A stretch of 64,000 bases of DNA, taken from positions 128,001-192,000 of the forward strand of contig CAVYES010000005.1 in NCBI GenBank assembly GCA_963767735.1, read 5' to 3'. Under the pieces are notes generated by a model that worked only from the letters and a program-made list of their open reading frames with translations, was not told the origin of the DNA and searched no databases. This document shows positions 1-9,936 of this stretch, piece by piece. Every line of letters begins with the position of its first letter. Positions within the stretch are counted from its first letter, which is position 1. The position numbers were made by a program, and so were the translations under genes. This DNA comes from Candidatus Bathyarchaeota archaeon. Lineage in GTDB: Archaea > Thermoproteota > Bathyarchaeia > Bathyarchaeales > Bathycorpusculaceae.

Positions 1-275
1 TAAACGTAGTAGAGGTATGCGCCGCCTTTGCTCTTTTCGATTTGCCTGTCAAGTAGACCTTTCTCAAAGAGTCTGTCCATCGTGTTCATGACGGTGGTGT
101 ATGCGATGGTTTTTTTCTTTTTGAGTTCTTCAAGTACTTCTCTTACTGTTATGGGCCTCTTTTTAGAGCTCCATATCGTTTGAAGTATGTTTGCTTCCAG
201 TGGCCCTAAGAAGGCTTCGAGCTGTTTTCCTTCAACGTTATATTGCGAGACAGATGTTTTTTTGTCTGCTGACGT
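1..275 (-). CDS. BlaI/MecI/CopY-family transcriptional repressor, runs off window edge; apparent ACG start
   Basis: Minus strand reads (T)SADKKTSVSQYNVEGKQLEAFLGPLEANILQTIWSSKKRPITVREVLEEL..., a close paralogue of 41811..42278. ACG (273-275) aligns with the paralogue's ATG; in-frame TGA just upstream. Confidence 0.85.
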
Positions 276-289
276 TCCGCTTCCTCAAG

Positions 290-420
290 TACCATAAGCG
301 ATGGTAGGCTTTTAACTTTTTCTGCAATTAGGCTATGGATAGAGAATGATTCCTCTTAGCTCTGTTATTGCCTACTACCAGCAATAGTAAGCCTTATAAG
401 ACCTACTACAAATAATGGTA
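290..420. promoter_or_regulatory. Divergent promoter with three TACYA-N7-TRGTA inverted repeats (putative BlaI operators)
   Basis: Sites 290-306, 373-389 and 404-420 around TTATAA (~393); the same motif recurs at the paralogous locus (42295-42455, 43485-43532). Confidence 0.7.
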
Positions 421-442
421 GGTGTAATTGGGGGATCAAAAA

Positions 443-1765
443 ATGGGAATACTAACAAGAGCAGCCAAAAACCTCTCAAGAAGAAAAACCAGAGCCCTAA
501 TAGTAATTATCGCCTTAAGCCTCGCCCTAACACTCGTAATTATCCTGCCACCAAGCATTAACGCAGGCAAAGCAACCACGCAAACAATAATCAACGACCT
601 AAACAACAATGCCACCTTCATTAAATCAACGGTAAGTGCTGCAGCAACCGAAATAGACTGCAGCCTTCCGACCCAATTTAACTTGCCGCCTCCCAATGCT
701 ACCGGCACATATCACGTCACCGTAGTCCAACCGCTTATGAACGAATCATACTACTCTAATCTAACCTCAATCCCCGACGTCAACAACGTTGTGCCGATAC
801 TGAATCAAGACGAATACAAAGATAATTACCCAGTTTACCTTTATGGCATACCATTAGATAACGCTTCGCTGCTAAGCAGTTACCCGTCGCTTCTGCCAGC
901 CAACATCATTGAGGGGCGAAATCTGCAAGCAGGCGACAGCTATGATATCATTCTAGAAGAGCATCTCGCACAGCAGTTTGATGTCAGCGTAGGTGGAACA
1001 TTTAACATTTTAGGGAAAAACTTTACGGTGGTGGGTATTGAAGGTCAGGAAGCACTCAATGCAACTGCCCACGCCACCATGAGTCTGACTGATCTCCAAG
1101 CTCTCACTAACACGGCTGGTCAAGAAACGACATTCAAAATATTTGTCGACAACATCGATAATGTAGAAACAGTCTCAGCCCGAATCAGCAGCATATACCC
1201 GACTATGCAAGTTTCAGCTGGTCTATCTCAGGTAAACTCAGCCCAAGAACTACAAACTAGCATTGACGAACAGGTGCAAGCAGCCCAAAATAACCTGAAT
1301 CAAATCCAAAGCAGCGGTCTAGAGGAAATAAGTATTGCCGTTGTCGCAGACGCTGCAATAATACTATTCATAATGCTCTACAGCGTAAGAGAAAGAACCA
1401 AAGAGATCGGAACACTCAAAGCAATGGGTGCCAGTAATCTAACAATTCTTGGGCAGCTCATGCTTGAAGGGTTCTTACTGAGCATAATAGCCGCCATAGT
1501 CGCCATAGCCATCAGCGTATTCGTTGCACCAACAATAGCTAACCTATTATTGCCGCATTCAATAGAAAGCGCAACTTTTGGTTCAACAGGAGGATTTTCT
1601 ATCGGGAGAAACCCTGGGGGATATAATCCAATCTCAGTCACTATAACCCCTGAAATTATGCTGCTGGGATTAGGTGCTGCCGTTTTGTTAGGTGCGCTTG
1701 GAAGTTTGTATCCTGCTTTGAAGGCAGCCAGAACCAATCCAGCGGAGGCCATGAGATATGAGTGA
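443..1765 (+). CDS. ABC transporter permease, MacB/FtsX family
   Basis: RRKTR N-terminal TM, large extracellular domain, SVRERTKEIGTLKAMG, C-terminal YPALKAARTNPAEAMRYE. Start ATG 443 (or TTG 428). Confidence 0.92.
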   Translation: MGILTRAAKNLSRRKTRALIVIIALSLALTLVIILPPSINAGKATTQTIINDLNNNATFIKSTVSAAATEIDCSLPTQFNLPPPNATGTYHVTVVQPLMNESYYSNLTSIPDVNNVVPILNQDEYKDNYPVYLYGIPLDNASLLSSYPSLLPANIIEGRNLQAGDSYDIILEEHLAQQFDVSVGGTFNILGKNFTVVGIEGQEALNATAHATMSLTDLQALTNTAGQETTFKIFVDNIDNVETVSARISSIYPTMQVSAGLSQVNSAQELQTSIDEQVQAAQNNLNQIQSSGLEEISIAVVADAAIILFIMLYSVRERTKEIGTLKAMGASNLTILGQLMLEGFLLSIIAAIVAIAISVFVAPTIANLLLPHSIESATFGSTGGFSIGRNPGGYNPISVTITPEIMLLGLGAAVLLGALGSLYPALKAARTNPAEAMRYE

Positions 1766-2477
1766 TTTAGTACTAGAAATTGAAAACTTAACCAAAACCT
1801 ACAAACTCGGCAAACGAGAGGTCCAGCCACTAACCAACCTTAATCTTGAAGTGCAAAGAGGTGAGTTCACTGCCATCATGGGTCCTTCTGGCAGCGGTAA
1901 AACCACTCTGCTCAACGTCATCGGCTGCATCGACAAGGCGTCAAGCGGCAAAGTACTGATCGACAACGTAGACATTGCAAAGCTACCAGAATCAAAACTC
2001 TACAAAATACGCCGCGACAAAATAGGTTTCATCTTCCAGAACTTCAACCTTTTGCCCTACCTTAACGCTCGGGAAAATGTCGAGTTGGCTATGGAGCTTG
2101 CTGGCAAGTTCCAAGGCCAAAGAGGTGAAAGAGCCAAACAACTCCTCGCCACTGTAGGCTTATCTGGAAGAGAACAGCACCGACCCCAACGGTTAAGCCA
2201 AGGCGAACAGCAACGAGTCGCCGTTGCACGTGCTTTAGCCAACGACCCAGCAATAATTTTGGCCGATGAACCCACGGGAAACTTGGATGTCGCCAACAAG
2301 CAGGAAATTGTGAAGCTGCTGGCAGACCTTAACCAAAAACAAGGCACAACAATAATAATGGTAACCCATGATGAACAAGTTGCAGCGCAGACTCAACGAA
2401 TGCTGTATCTGAGCGACGGAAAAATAGTCAAAGATAAACAAGCCCAATCAAGACCAAAGGAGCACGATGAAGAATGA
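1758..2477 (+). CDS. ABC transporter ATP-binding protein (LolD/MacB type)
   Basis: Walker A GPSGSGKT, signature LSQGEQQRV, Walker B ILADEPTGNLD, VTHD. Confidence 0.95.
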   Translation: MSDLVLEIENLTKTYKLGKREVQPLTNLNLEVQRGEFTAIMGPSGSGKTTLLNVIGCIDKASSGKVLIDNVDIAKLPESKLYKIRRDKIGFIFQNFNLLPYLNARENVELAMELAGKFQGQRGERAKQLLATVGLSGREQHRPQRLSQGEQQRVAVARALANDPAIILADEPTGNLDVANKQEIVKLLADLNQKQGTTIIMVTHDEQVAAQTQRMLYLSDGKIVKDKQAQSRPKEHDEE

Positions 2478-3697
2478 AGCACCGGACAAAAGCTCTGAGT
2501 GCGGGCTGCATTTTTCTCGCTATCTTTCTCTGTGGTTTAACAGTGATGCCTCAGTTAGTCCAAGCCAGCACAGTAACAGCGACTGTAACTGTTGGGCACT
2601 CGCCTTATGCTGTGTCTTTTACGCCCGACGGAAAATATGCTTATGTTGCCTGTGTGGATCAGGTTTCGGTGATAAATACAGCTACTAACAAGGTGACGGC
2701 GACCATAAAAATAGGTGGCTGTGTTGACATAGCCCTAACTCCCGACGGCAAATATGCCTACGTTACAAACTCAGTTAGCATTGCAAACGGATATGATAAT
2801 TTTGTCTCAGTGATAAGCACTGAAACGAATAAGGTGACGGCAACGATATCTCTTGGAGGAACCCCTACCAGTGTGGCTATAACACCTAACGGTGCATACG
2901 CCTACGTTACAGAAAATGATCTCATAAATAACAAGGGCGTTGGTATGGTGTATGTGATAAGCACAGCCACCAACAAAGTTACAACAAAGATAACCGTTTA
3001 CGGCTCTCCTAGTGCTGTGGCTATAACACCTAGCGGAGAATACGCTTATGTGGCAAGCCAAGGCAGTATATCAAGCGTCGGCGGCATAGCGAACGGAACA
3101 GTTTCGGTCATAAGTACCTCTTCTAACACAGTGAATACAACGGTGACTGTTGGAAGCGGTCCTTCGGCTGTAGCTATAGCATCAAACGGAGAATACGTCT
3201 ATGTGACAGATGGAGACAACGAGGTTTCAGTGATAAATACGGCAAAGAATACGGTAACGGCGACTGTAACCGGTTTAAGCACCCCTAATGGAATTGCTTT
3301 AACACCTAACGGGGCATATGCCTACGTTACAAACGCTGTTGTTGCAAACGGCGGCAACGGTGCGGTTTCAGTGATAAACACAGCCACAAATACGGTTGAC
3401 GAGACATTAACCGTTGGAATGAATGCTTATGGTGTGGCCATAGCACCCAACGGCGAATACGCATATGTTACAAATTTTGATGATGGTACGGTTTCAGTGA
3501 TTAGCACAGGTGCCGACACGGGACCAACTTCTTCTTCATCTCCAGCAACTCCAGAATTTCCTGCCCAATCGTTAACTATCATACTGCTCGTTTCTGTAAT
3601 AATAGTCCTTTCCATAGTTATCATTGCAAAGAAAAAAGCTGGAAAATCCAACTCGACAAATATAAGCGCAGAACCCCAGGTGCCAATGGAAACCTAA
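2474..3697 (+). CDS. YVTN/YncE beta-propeller surface protein with PEF-CTERM-like anchor
   Basis: Signal peptide, ~7 TPDGxYAYVTN...VSVI repeats, TPEFP + TM + KKK tail. Confidence 0.88.
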   Translation: MKHRTKALSAGCIFLAIFLCGLTVMPQLVQASTVTATVTVGHSPYAVSFTPDGKYAYVACVDQVSVINTATNKVTATIKIGGCVDIALTPDGKYAYVTNSVSIANGYDNFVSVISTETNKVTATISLGGTPTSVAITPNGAYAYVTENDLINNKGVGMVYVISTATNKVTTKITVYGSPSAVAITPSGEYAYVASQGSISSVGGIANGTVSVISTSSNTVNTTVTVGSGPSAVAIASNGEYVYVTDGDNEVSVINTAKNTVTATVTGLSTPNGIALTPNGAYAYVTNAVVANGGNGAVSVINTATNTVDETLTVGMNAYGVAIAPNGEYAYVTNFDDGTVSVISTGADTGPTSSSSPATPEFPAQSLTIILLVSVIIVLSIVIIAKKKAGKSNSTNISAEPQVPMET

Positions 3698-3734
3698 TCA
3701 CTTTTTTATGGTTTAAAATCAGGAGGAAAAATAC

Positions 3735-5042
3735 ACGGGAATACTAACCCGAGCAACCAGAAATATATCCAGAAGAAAAACCAGGTCACTCCTTGTAATT
3801 GTGGTGTTGAGCTTTGCCCTAGCAATGTTAATTTCTATTCCCCCGAGTATCACTGCAAGCAAGGCTATTACCCAAAAAACTATCGAGAATTTAACAGCTA
3901 CTACAAAAACGGTTGATTCAACTGTAAATGTGGTGGCGACCCAAATAGACTGCCACCTGCCCGCAATCTCAGTTCCCAATGCAGGGCCTGATAATCAAAC
4001 CGTCATTGAGCAGCCGCTTATGAACGTGACAAACTACACCAACCTCACATCAATCCCAGACGTAACCAACGTTATACCTATTTTTGATCAAACGGAATTC
4101 GACCGCGACTTTGCCATTAACGTCTATGGGATACCGTTGGATAATGCTTCTTTGCTAAGCATGTACTCATTGGTTTTGCCCTCGAACATTACGGCTGGAC
4201 GTAACTTGCAGGCGGGCGACAGCGGCGTGGTTGTACTGCAGGAGCGAGTTGCAAATCATTTCAATGTCCAGGTTGGTGGGACTGTTATCATATTAAACCA
4301 AACCTTTCAAGTCGTCGGCATCGAAGGATACACGCCGCTCAACGAAACCGCCGCTTACATGGGTCTCAACGATGCCCAGGCAATAACCAACAACGTGGGA
4401 AACGTAACCGACTTTAGAGTTTTTGCTGACGACGTTACCAACGTTCAGAGTGTCGCTAATAAAATCGCTGTTATGTACCCTCAGTTGTCGGTTTCGATAG
4501 CCGCTTCTCTAGTAGACTCAGTGATTCAACTGCAAACTCAAACCAACGAGGAGCTTCAGATGGCGCAAGCTTCCATGAGTCAAATCCAAAGCACCGGCAC
4601 ACTGGAGATTGCTGTTGTCACTGTAGTAGTTGCCGCAATCGTGCTTTTCATAATGTTATACACGGTGAGGGAACGAACCCGCGAAATTGGAACCTTGAAA
4701 GCCTTAGGCGCTAGCAGCATGACAGTTTTGGGTCAGTTTATGCTTGAAGGTGTGCTGTTGAGCTTTATTGCGGGCGTTGTTGGTTTAGTGATTGGTACGG
4801 TGGGAGCAACGTCGCTGGCTAATCTGCTGCTTCCCCATCCGACCCAAGCTGGAAACAGCACAGTATCAACAGCAGGCGTATCCATCGGCTCGGCTTCGTC
4901 GGCGTCTATATCCGTGGCCATAACTCCTGAACTCGTGCTGCTCGGATTAGGGGTTGCTGTGCTGTTAGGTGCGCTGGGTAGCATGTACCCGGCATGGAGA
5001 GCAGCAAGAACTCGACCGGCAGAGGCAATGAGATACGAATGA
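3735..5042 (+). CDS. Second MacB/FtsX permease; apparent ACG start at 3735
   Basis: ACG GGA ATA CTA ACC CGA GCA = (M)GILTRATRNISRRKTR aligns with MGILTRAAKNLSRRKTR of 443..1765. AGGAGG at 3721-3726; in-frame TAA at 3714. Confidence 0.88.
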   Translation, partial: TGILTRATRNISRRKTRSLLVIVVLSFALAMLISIPPSITASKAITQKTIENLTATTKTVDSTVNVVATQIDCHLPAISVPNAGPDNQTVIEQPLMNVTNYTNLTSIPDVTNVIPIFDQTEFDRDFAINVYGIPLDNASLLSMYSLVLPSNITAGRNLQAGDSGVVVLQERVANHFNVQVGGTVIILNQTFQVVGIEGYTPLNETAAYMGLNDAQAITNNVGNVTDFRVFADDVTNVQSVANKIAVMYPQLSVSIAASLVDSVIQLQTQTNEELQMAQASMSQIQSTGTLEIAVVTVVVAAIVLFIMLYTVRERTREIGTLKALGASSMTVLGQFMLEGVLLSFIAGVVGLVIGTVGATSLANLLLPHPTQAGNSTVSTAGVSIGSASSASISVAITPELVLLGLGVAVLLGALGSMYPAWRAARTRPAEAMRYE

Positions 5043-5438
5043 GGCATGCTTAAAATTGAGATAACTAACGAGTTTACTCGCGGAAATTTAGGTTGAAAAA
5101 CGTGCACTACTAGTGAGGACCTTGTTGTGTCCTTATTTTTTTGGCATTTAATTTACTGTTTTTAGCGAGAGCTATCAAAATCTTTTTGATATATGTGCGT
5201 TAAATAAGCTTCTTGGGATGGGAGCCTATTACGTTAAGTTAACCAAATTGCCAAAACATTTTATCTTGAAAACTCAACATCTGTATGAGAAGCTTTACCG
5301 AACGATATTGAAATCGTACAGTTCCCCATTAAATCTTCCCACTAAAATGCTTTATGAGAATGAGCGGTACCTGAGCTTTCATGAGGGGAGAAACCCTAAA
5401 TCTTCATAGCATATGTTGAAGTGATTTTTTCAGTGGAT

Positions 5439-5747
5439 TTAGTTATTGCCTATAGAGTTACAGAGGTTTTTGTTCACTTCACCTTTAGCAAGATTACAGC
5501 CAAGTTTCAAGATTTCTCCAAAGACTACAGCACCCCAGTTCCATTGTTTGAGTGGTTTCTCTTCTTCAGTTCTTAGCCAATTTTCCAAAGACTTTTCACC
5601 GATATGGAGTATAGTGTAGGCTACGTAATCTGAAACTTCTGCTTTATGACATTTCTCATTTAAGTTAAGCGGTAGCTTACCAATCTTATCGGAACTTGCA
5701 TGGGTGCTATTGGAACTATTTTGTACTCCATTTTTTTCCACGTCCAC
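5439..5747 (-). CDS. Hypothetical protein
   Basis: 102-aa ORF directly downstream of 5754..6095 on the same strand; no recognised motif. Confidence 0.35.
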   Translation of the reverse strand: MDVEKNGVQNSSNSTHASSDKIGKLPLNLNEKCHKAEVSDYVAYTILHIGEKSLENWLRTEEEKPLKQWNWGAVVFGEILKLGCNLAKGEVNKNLCNSIGNN

Positions 5748-5753
5748 TTTTCT

Positions 5754-6095
5754 CTATAAATCGGTCCGTTGCCTTTGAAATTCTGCACCACATGTCAATA
5801 ATCCGCTCATGTGATTTTCAACGTGGAATTTGTATGCTTGAGCATTTCCAATTTTTCTAGTTGGAATTGCAAATCCCATTTTGATAAGTTTTTCTAAGGC
5901 TTCTTTAGTTGTTTTATAGGATAGGTTTGCTGACTCAGCTAACATGGATATTGTTTGCTCCATGTTTCCTACAATTAGAGCTTGATCGAATAATCTTGCT
6001 GCAGGTCCTCCAAATATGCTTGAGAATGGTCCTCTTGTGGCATACTCTTCTGCGTCATTTTTTTGCTCGTTTTGTTCTTTCTTTAATGTTTGCAA
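5754..6095 (-). CDS. Winged-helix DNA-binding protein
   Basis: TISMLAESANLSYKTTKEALEKLIKMGFAIPTRKIGNAQAYKF is an HTH plus wing pattern. Confidence 0.7.
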   Translation of the reverse strand: MQTLKKEQNEQKNDAEEYATRGPFSSIFGGPAARLFDQALIVGNMEQTISMLAESANLSYKTTKEALEKLIKMGFAIPTRKIGNAQAYKFHVENHMSGLLTCGAEFQRQRTDL

Positions 6096-6242
6096 TTTTT
6101 TTCCTCCTATAAGCCTTCTCTATTACTACTTACTACCTATTACAGCAACAGCGGATATAAATTTTACTATAATACAATGAGTTTGTAAAAAAATACAATG
6201 TATTCAAAGCTTTAAAATATACCGATTCATAAATAGCTATCC

Positions 6243-6593
6243 ATGCCCGCCAAAAGCCTTTCATCACTAAAACCAAGAGAGAGAAAATTCGCTGGCTTTA
6301 TTCTTAATAAATTGTGGACTGATAACTATTGGTGTGGCGAAGGTAGACGACAACATTTAGGGCATACTTCAAAAACAAATTTGCCCAAAGGGCTCCCTCG
6401 CAGTGATGCTGGTGAAGTGCAAGAGGTCGCTGATAAACTTATCAAACTGGGCTTTATTTGTAAAGTAAGTGCAACTGGAGATATTCATGTTTGTGCTAGC
6501 AGAGCGCCTCAAAAAATAGACGATGGTCTTGTTGTGGTGAATGAATATAGGGCTTCAGTTGGTCTAGCTCTTTTGGAAAGAGACCAAATATAA
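6243..6593 (+). CDS. Hypothetical archaeal wHTH-like protein (HTS..NLPKG motif)
   Basis: 116 aa, divergent from 5754..6095; GHTSKTNLPKGLP...VADKLIKLGFI. Confidence 0.55.
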   Translation: MPAKSLSSLKPRERKFAGFILNKLWTDNYWCGEGRRQHLGHTSKTNLPKGLPRSDAGEVQEVADKLIKLGFICKVSATGDIHVCASRAPQKIDDGLVVVNEYRASVGLALLERDQI

Positions 6594-6864
6594 ACTTTAG
6601 ACTACTGCCTAATGCAAATTATCGTAAAGACGACAGGAGAATTAATTCTTAGCGGAGCTTCGTTGCTTAGGACTTATTCACTCAAATTGAGACATATTAG
6701 TGCTTACTTGATTGAGTTAATGGCAATAAATGGCTTCAAATAAAAATTGAAGCGTGAATTTAGCAGTTTCACTTTCACTCACCCCTCCCCTATCACACAC
6801 ATCAGTTTCTCCCTGTCTTTTAAATAGTAAAAAACATCATTGCGTTGGTCACACGTGAAAAAAT

Positions 6865-8133
6865 ATGACTGAACCTGAAATCGTAGAAGAAAAGGAGCCA
6901 GATCCAAAAGAACCTGCCGATGAAGCCGTTGAACAAGTCCAAGCAGTTGAAGCAGTCAAACAAGATGAACCAGAAAAACCAGAATTAATAGACGAATTAA
7001 CAGAAGAAAAACATGAAGAAGAAACTGCACCAGACAAGAAAGAAAAGAAGTTAAAAGCAAAACCCGCCATAACCGAAGCAGCTGAACCCGAACCAGAAAC
7101 AGCAGAACCAGAATTGATCGAAGAGGAACCTGAAGAAGAAACTGAGTCGCCCAAGACAAAATACCAGTTTATTGAAGACCTTCCGGGTGTTGGTCCAGCG
7201 ACTGCACAGAAACTCCAGGAACTCGGCTATCACACGGTTGAATCGTTAGCGATGGCCACGATACGAGAACTTGAGCCGGTCGGGGTAAGCGAGAAGAAGG
7301 CTTTTCAAATAATTAGTGCAGCTCGCTCCACGATGGGTCTTTCCTTTGTGAGGGCTGATGAACTTTTCAAGACAAGAGCGGCTGTTCAGCGTTTGACCAG
7401 CGGAATCCAAGCTTTGGACAACCTTTTGGCAGGAGGATTAGAAACACAAACCATCACGGAGTTTTATGGCGAATGCGACAGCGGCAAAAGCCAGGTATGC
7501 CATCAACTATGTGTAAACGTGCAGTTGCCTCCTGAACGCGGCGGCTTAGGCGGCGGTGCACTCTACTTGGATACTGAGACAACCTTCAGGCTCGAACGTA
7601 TAGTGCAGATAGCTCAGCACTTAGGCTTGGATCCTCAGGAAGTAGCCAAAAACATCATCTACGCTGAAGCTTACACCTCTGATCATCAAATGTTTCTCTT
7701 AGAAAACGCCGATGAAATAATCAAGAAAAACAACATAAAACTAATCATTGTGGACTCTTTGACCGCGCACTTTCGAAACGAGTACCTGGGCAGAGAAATG
7801 TTAGCCCCAAGACAGCAGAAACTAAACAAGCACATGCACAAACTCATCTCTTTGGCAAGAGCGTTTAACTGCGTGGCAATAGTTACGAATCAGGTTATGG
7901 CTAAACCGGACCAGTTCTTCGGCGATGCTATACATCCGATTGGCGGAAACATTGTAGGTCACACAAGTCAAACGCGGATTTACCTTCGTAAACCAAAAAG
8001 TGGATCTACACGGATCGCGAGACTTGTTTCAAGTCCCTATCTGCCGGAGGGTGAAGAAATCTACAAGATAACTGAGAACGGCATAGAGGAAGTAACTGAG
8101 GAAGAAAAAGCTGCGAAAAAAGGCAGCCGCTAA
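6865..8133 (+). CDS. radA: RadA recombinase homologue with ~95-aa acidic N-terminal extension
   Basis: HhH EDLPGVGPATAQKL, GGLETQTITEFYGECDSGKSQ, IIVDSLTAHFR, VTNQV, RIARLVSSPYLPEGE. Confidence 0.9.
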   Translation: MTEPEIVEEKEPDPKEPADEAVEQVQAVEAVKQDEPEKPELIDELTEEKHEEETAPDKKEKKLKAKPAITEAAEPEPETAEPELIEEEPEEETESPKTKYQFIEDLPGVGPATAQKLQELGYHTVESLAMATIRELEPVGVSEKKAFQIISAARSTMGLSFVRADELFKTRAAVQRLTSGIQALDNLLAGGLETQTITEFYGECDSGKSQVCHQLCVNVQLPPERGGLGGGALYLDTETTFRLERIVQIAQHLGLDPQEVAKNIIYAEAYTSDHQMFLLENADEIIKKNNIKLIIVDSLTAHFRNEYLGREMLAPRQQKLNKHMHKLISLARAFNCVAIVTNQVMAKPDQFFGDAIHPIGGNIVGHTSQTRIYLRKPKSGSTRIARLVSSPYLPEGEEIYKITENGIEEVTEEEKAAKKGSR

Positions 8134-8243
8134 ATCAAGCTGTTGGTTCATTTATGCGGGGTACGAGCGTAAAAAAGCTGGCTGCTTAAGAGACATCCTG
8201 ACTTGTAACGCCTGCTCTTGAGATTTTTGGCTCAAAGTGGCTG

Positions 8244-8648
8244 TTAAACGTCGGGCAGTTTCCATCCTTCTTTTATTTTTTTCCTGATTATCTCTTGGAT
8301 TGCTGGGACTGTTAGAGCAAAGTCGATGTGCTCGCAGTCATTGCTTTTGTCTAAGTCGCAGAATATCCCTTCTGGTTTGAAGTAGATGTCTGCTATCATG
8401 TGGAGTTTGCGATCCGTTATTCTTGCGCCGTCTGCGTCGATGTTGTAGTGTTCGAAACGCGGCATTTCTGCCATTTTGTACTGACTTAAAAGTTCTCTTA
8501 GAGCGTCCTTTATTATTTCGGATCGGCTCTTGAATCCGTGTTTGCCGATTAACTTGTCCATTTCAACAACTATATCGTTTGGCAGCTTGATTGTTGTGTA
8601 GTTTCCTTCTATGGGGTCTTTCTCTATTCTCTTTGGCAACTCAATCAC
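8244..8648 (-). CDS. RHH (CopG/NikR-like) regulator with C-terminal C-x-x-D...C-x-H Zn site
   Basis: YTTIKLPNDIVVEMDKLIGKHGFKSRSEIIKDALRELL; FCDLDKSNDCEHI. Confidence 0.75.
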   Translation of the reverse strand: MIELPKRIEKDPIEGNYTTIKLPNDIVVEMDKLIGKHGFKSRSEIIKDALRELLSQYKMAEMPRFEHYNIDADGARITDRKLHMIADIYFKPEGIFCDLDKSNDCEHIDFALTVPAIQEIIRKKIKEGWKLPDV

Positions 8649-8655
8649 GATTTGA

Positions 8656-8740
8656 TTAGTAATGCATTACTAAGATTATTATTTAACAATTCCTGTTAAT
8701 AAATCACTCGCCTGGTGGCAATATATTACTAATAGATTGC
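8656..8740. promoter_or_regulatory. Putative operators between the divergent RHH genes
   Basis: Perfect 18-bp palindrome TTAGTAATGCATTACTAA (8656-8673); ATTACTAA again at 8725-8732 inside GCAAT...ATTGC (8718-8740). Confidence 0.6.
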
Positions 8741-8794
8741 AATAAACGCTTAAGTGGAACCCCTTTTATTATGCTATTATTAATAGGTGATTAA

Positions 8795-8965
8795 ATGGGC
8801 AAGAAAGAAGTGTATGTAACAGTAAAGCTGCCAAAAACCTTGGTCGATGAAATCTTAGATCCCTTAGTTGGGGCGCATGGCTACTCAAGCAGAACTGAAG
8901 CCATAAAAGATGGCTTAAGAAGACTATCCGAAAAATACCAAAAAACAATATGTCGCGAGGCATAG
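8795..8965 (+). CDS. Small RHH regulator (56 aa, missing from ORF track)
   Basis: MGKKEVYVTVKLPKTLVDEILDPLVGAHGYSSRTEAIKDGLRRLSEKYQKTICREA*, preceded by AGGTGA; paralogous to 8244..8648. Confidence 0.8.
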   Translation: MGKKEVYVTVKLPKTLVDEILDPLVGAHGYSSRTEAIKDGLRRLSEKYQKTICREA

Positions 8966-9189
8966 CGGCTTTGAAAAGCAAGAATTTTAGATGCACGCTT
9001 TGCTCAGGTAAAACCGAAAAGGTCTACGAGACAGAGCGCAACATATTTTTGCAATGTCCTCGCGACCATAAGGTTCCTAAAACTGAAAGACGCCCAGGTG
9101 ACCCGCACAAGTATCATGCACCAGTGTTTATGATTCGCAAGACGGAATTTGAAGACTTTAGCAAGGCGGCGATTGGTGGCGTAAGCTAA
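8950..9189 (+). CDS. Small Zn-ribbon protein
   Basis: CTLC...CPRDH; overlaps the upstream RHH gene. Confidence 0.6.
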   Translation: MSRGIAALKSKNFRCTLCSGKTEKVYETERNIFLQCPRDHKVPKTERRPGDPHKYHAPVFMIRKTEFEDFSKAAIGGVS

Positions 9190-9422
9190 TGGAACATGCT
9201 AAGGTTTGCCCTTTTGCCGCTGCCAATCCACAGCAGGAAAACAGCGATTGCCTAGGCGACGCATGCGCATGTTACGTAAAAATGCACAAACCCTGCTTAA
9301 TTCCTTCAGAACACTGCGAGATTGAATTTTTCTACCGCTATAAGGGCTGCGGACTAGTCGCTCATGTTCCTTGGGAACTAGTCAAACGCGAAGATCTCAA
9401 AAAGGGCAAACTAAACCCGTAA
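9189..9422 (+). CDS. Small Cys-rich protein
   Basis: VCPF...CLGDACAC...GCGL; TAATG coupling to the upstream ORF. Confidence 0.6.
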   Translation: MEHAKVCPFAAANPQQENSDCLGDACACYVKMHKPCLIPSEHCEIEFFYRYKGCGLVAHVPWELVKREDLKKGKLNP

Positions 9423-9465
9423 ATTAACTTCGGGAAAAAGATGAGTTATTGAAAGGTGGGAGGGA

Positions 9466-9936
9466 ATGGCTGAGCTTACGGATAATGCATCTACCCCAGA
9501 TTGCATATTTGGCACCAAAGCCGGTTCAAATAACGGTAAGTCGGATGCTACCATGTCCGACGGCGCCAGCCCCTTATGCCCACTCGTCTATGTTCGATAC
9601 AAAGATCATGTGTTTTTTAAAAATATGCAAAATCCCAAAGCTGAAGCAATAGAGCGTGAGGCTATTGGTTGGGTAAAAGAGCAAACCGACGAGTTGTTAC
9701 TTCTTGAGAATGATCGGGCTATTCCAAGCCGTGGCAAGAATGTTAATGGGCTTATTATTTTGAAAAACTGTATCGTGGAAGCACATCCTCTGCTATTACA
9801 AAATAATTTAAAATGGGTTTTAAATTCAGCAAAGCCTACAGTGAAGGATGAGTATGCGTTCCGACCATCGGAGCGAAAAACTCACGGAGTCACAAATACT
9901 CCGGGAAAAACAGCGAAGGAGAAAAAACAACTTTGA
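9466..9936 (+). CDS. Hypothetical mobile-element protein
   Basis: 156 aa, GGAGGG upstream, overlaps the integrase start. Confidence 0.55.
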   Translation: MAELTDNASTPDCIFGTKAGSNNGKSDATMSDGASPLCPLVYVRYKDHVFFKNMQNPKAEAIEREAIGWVKEQTDELLLLENDRAIPSRGKNVNGLIILKNCIVEAHPLLLQNNLKWVLNSAKPTVKDEYAFRPSERKTHGVTNTPGKTAKEKKQL

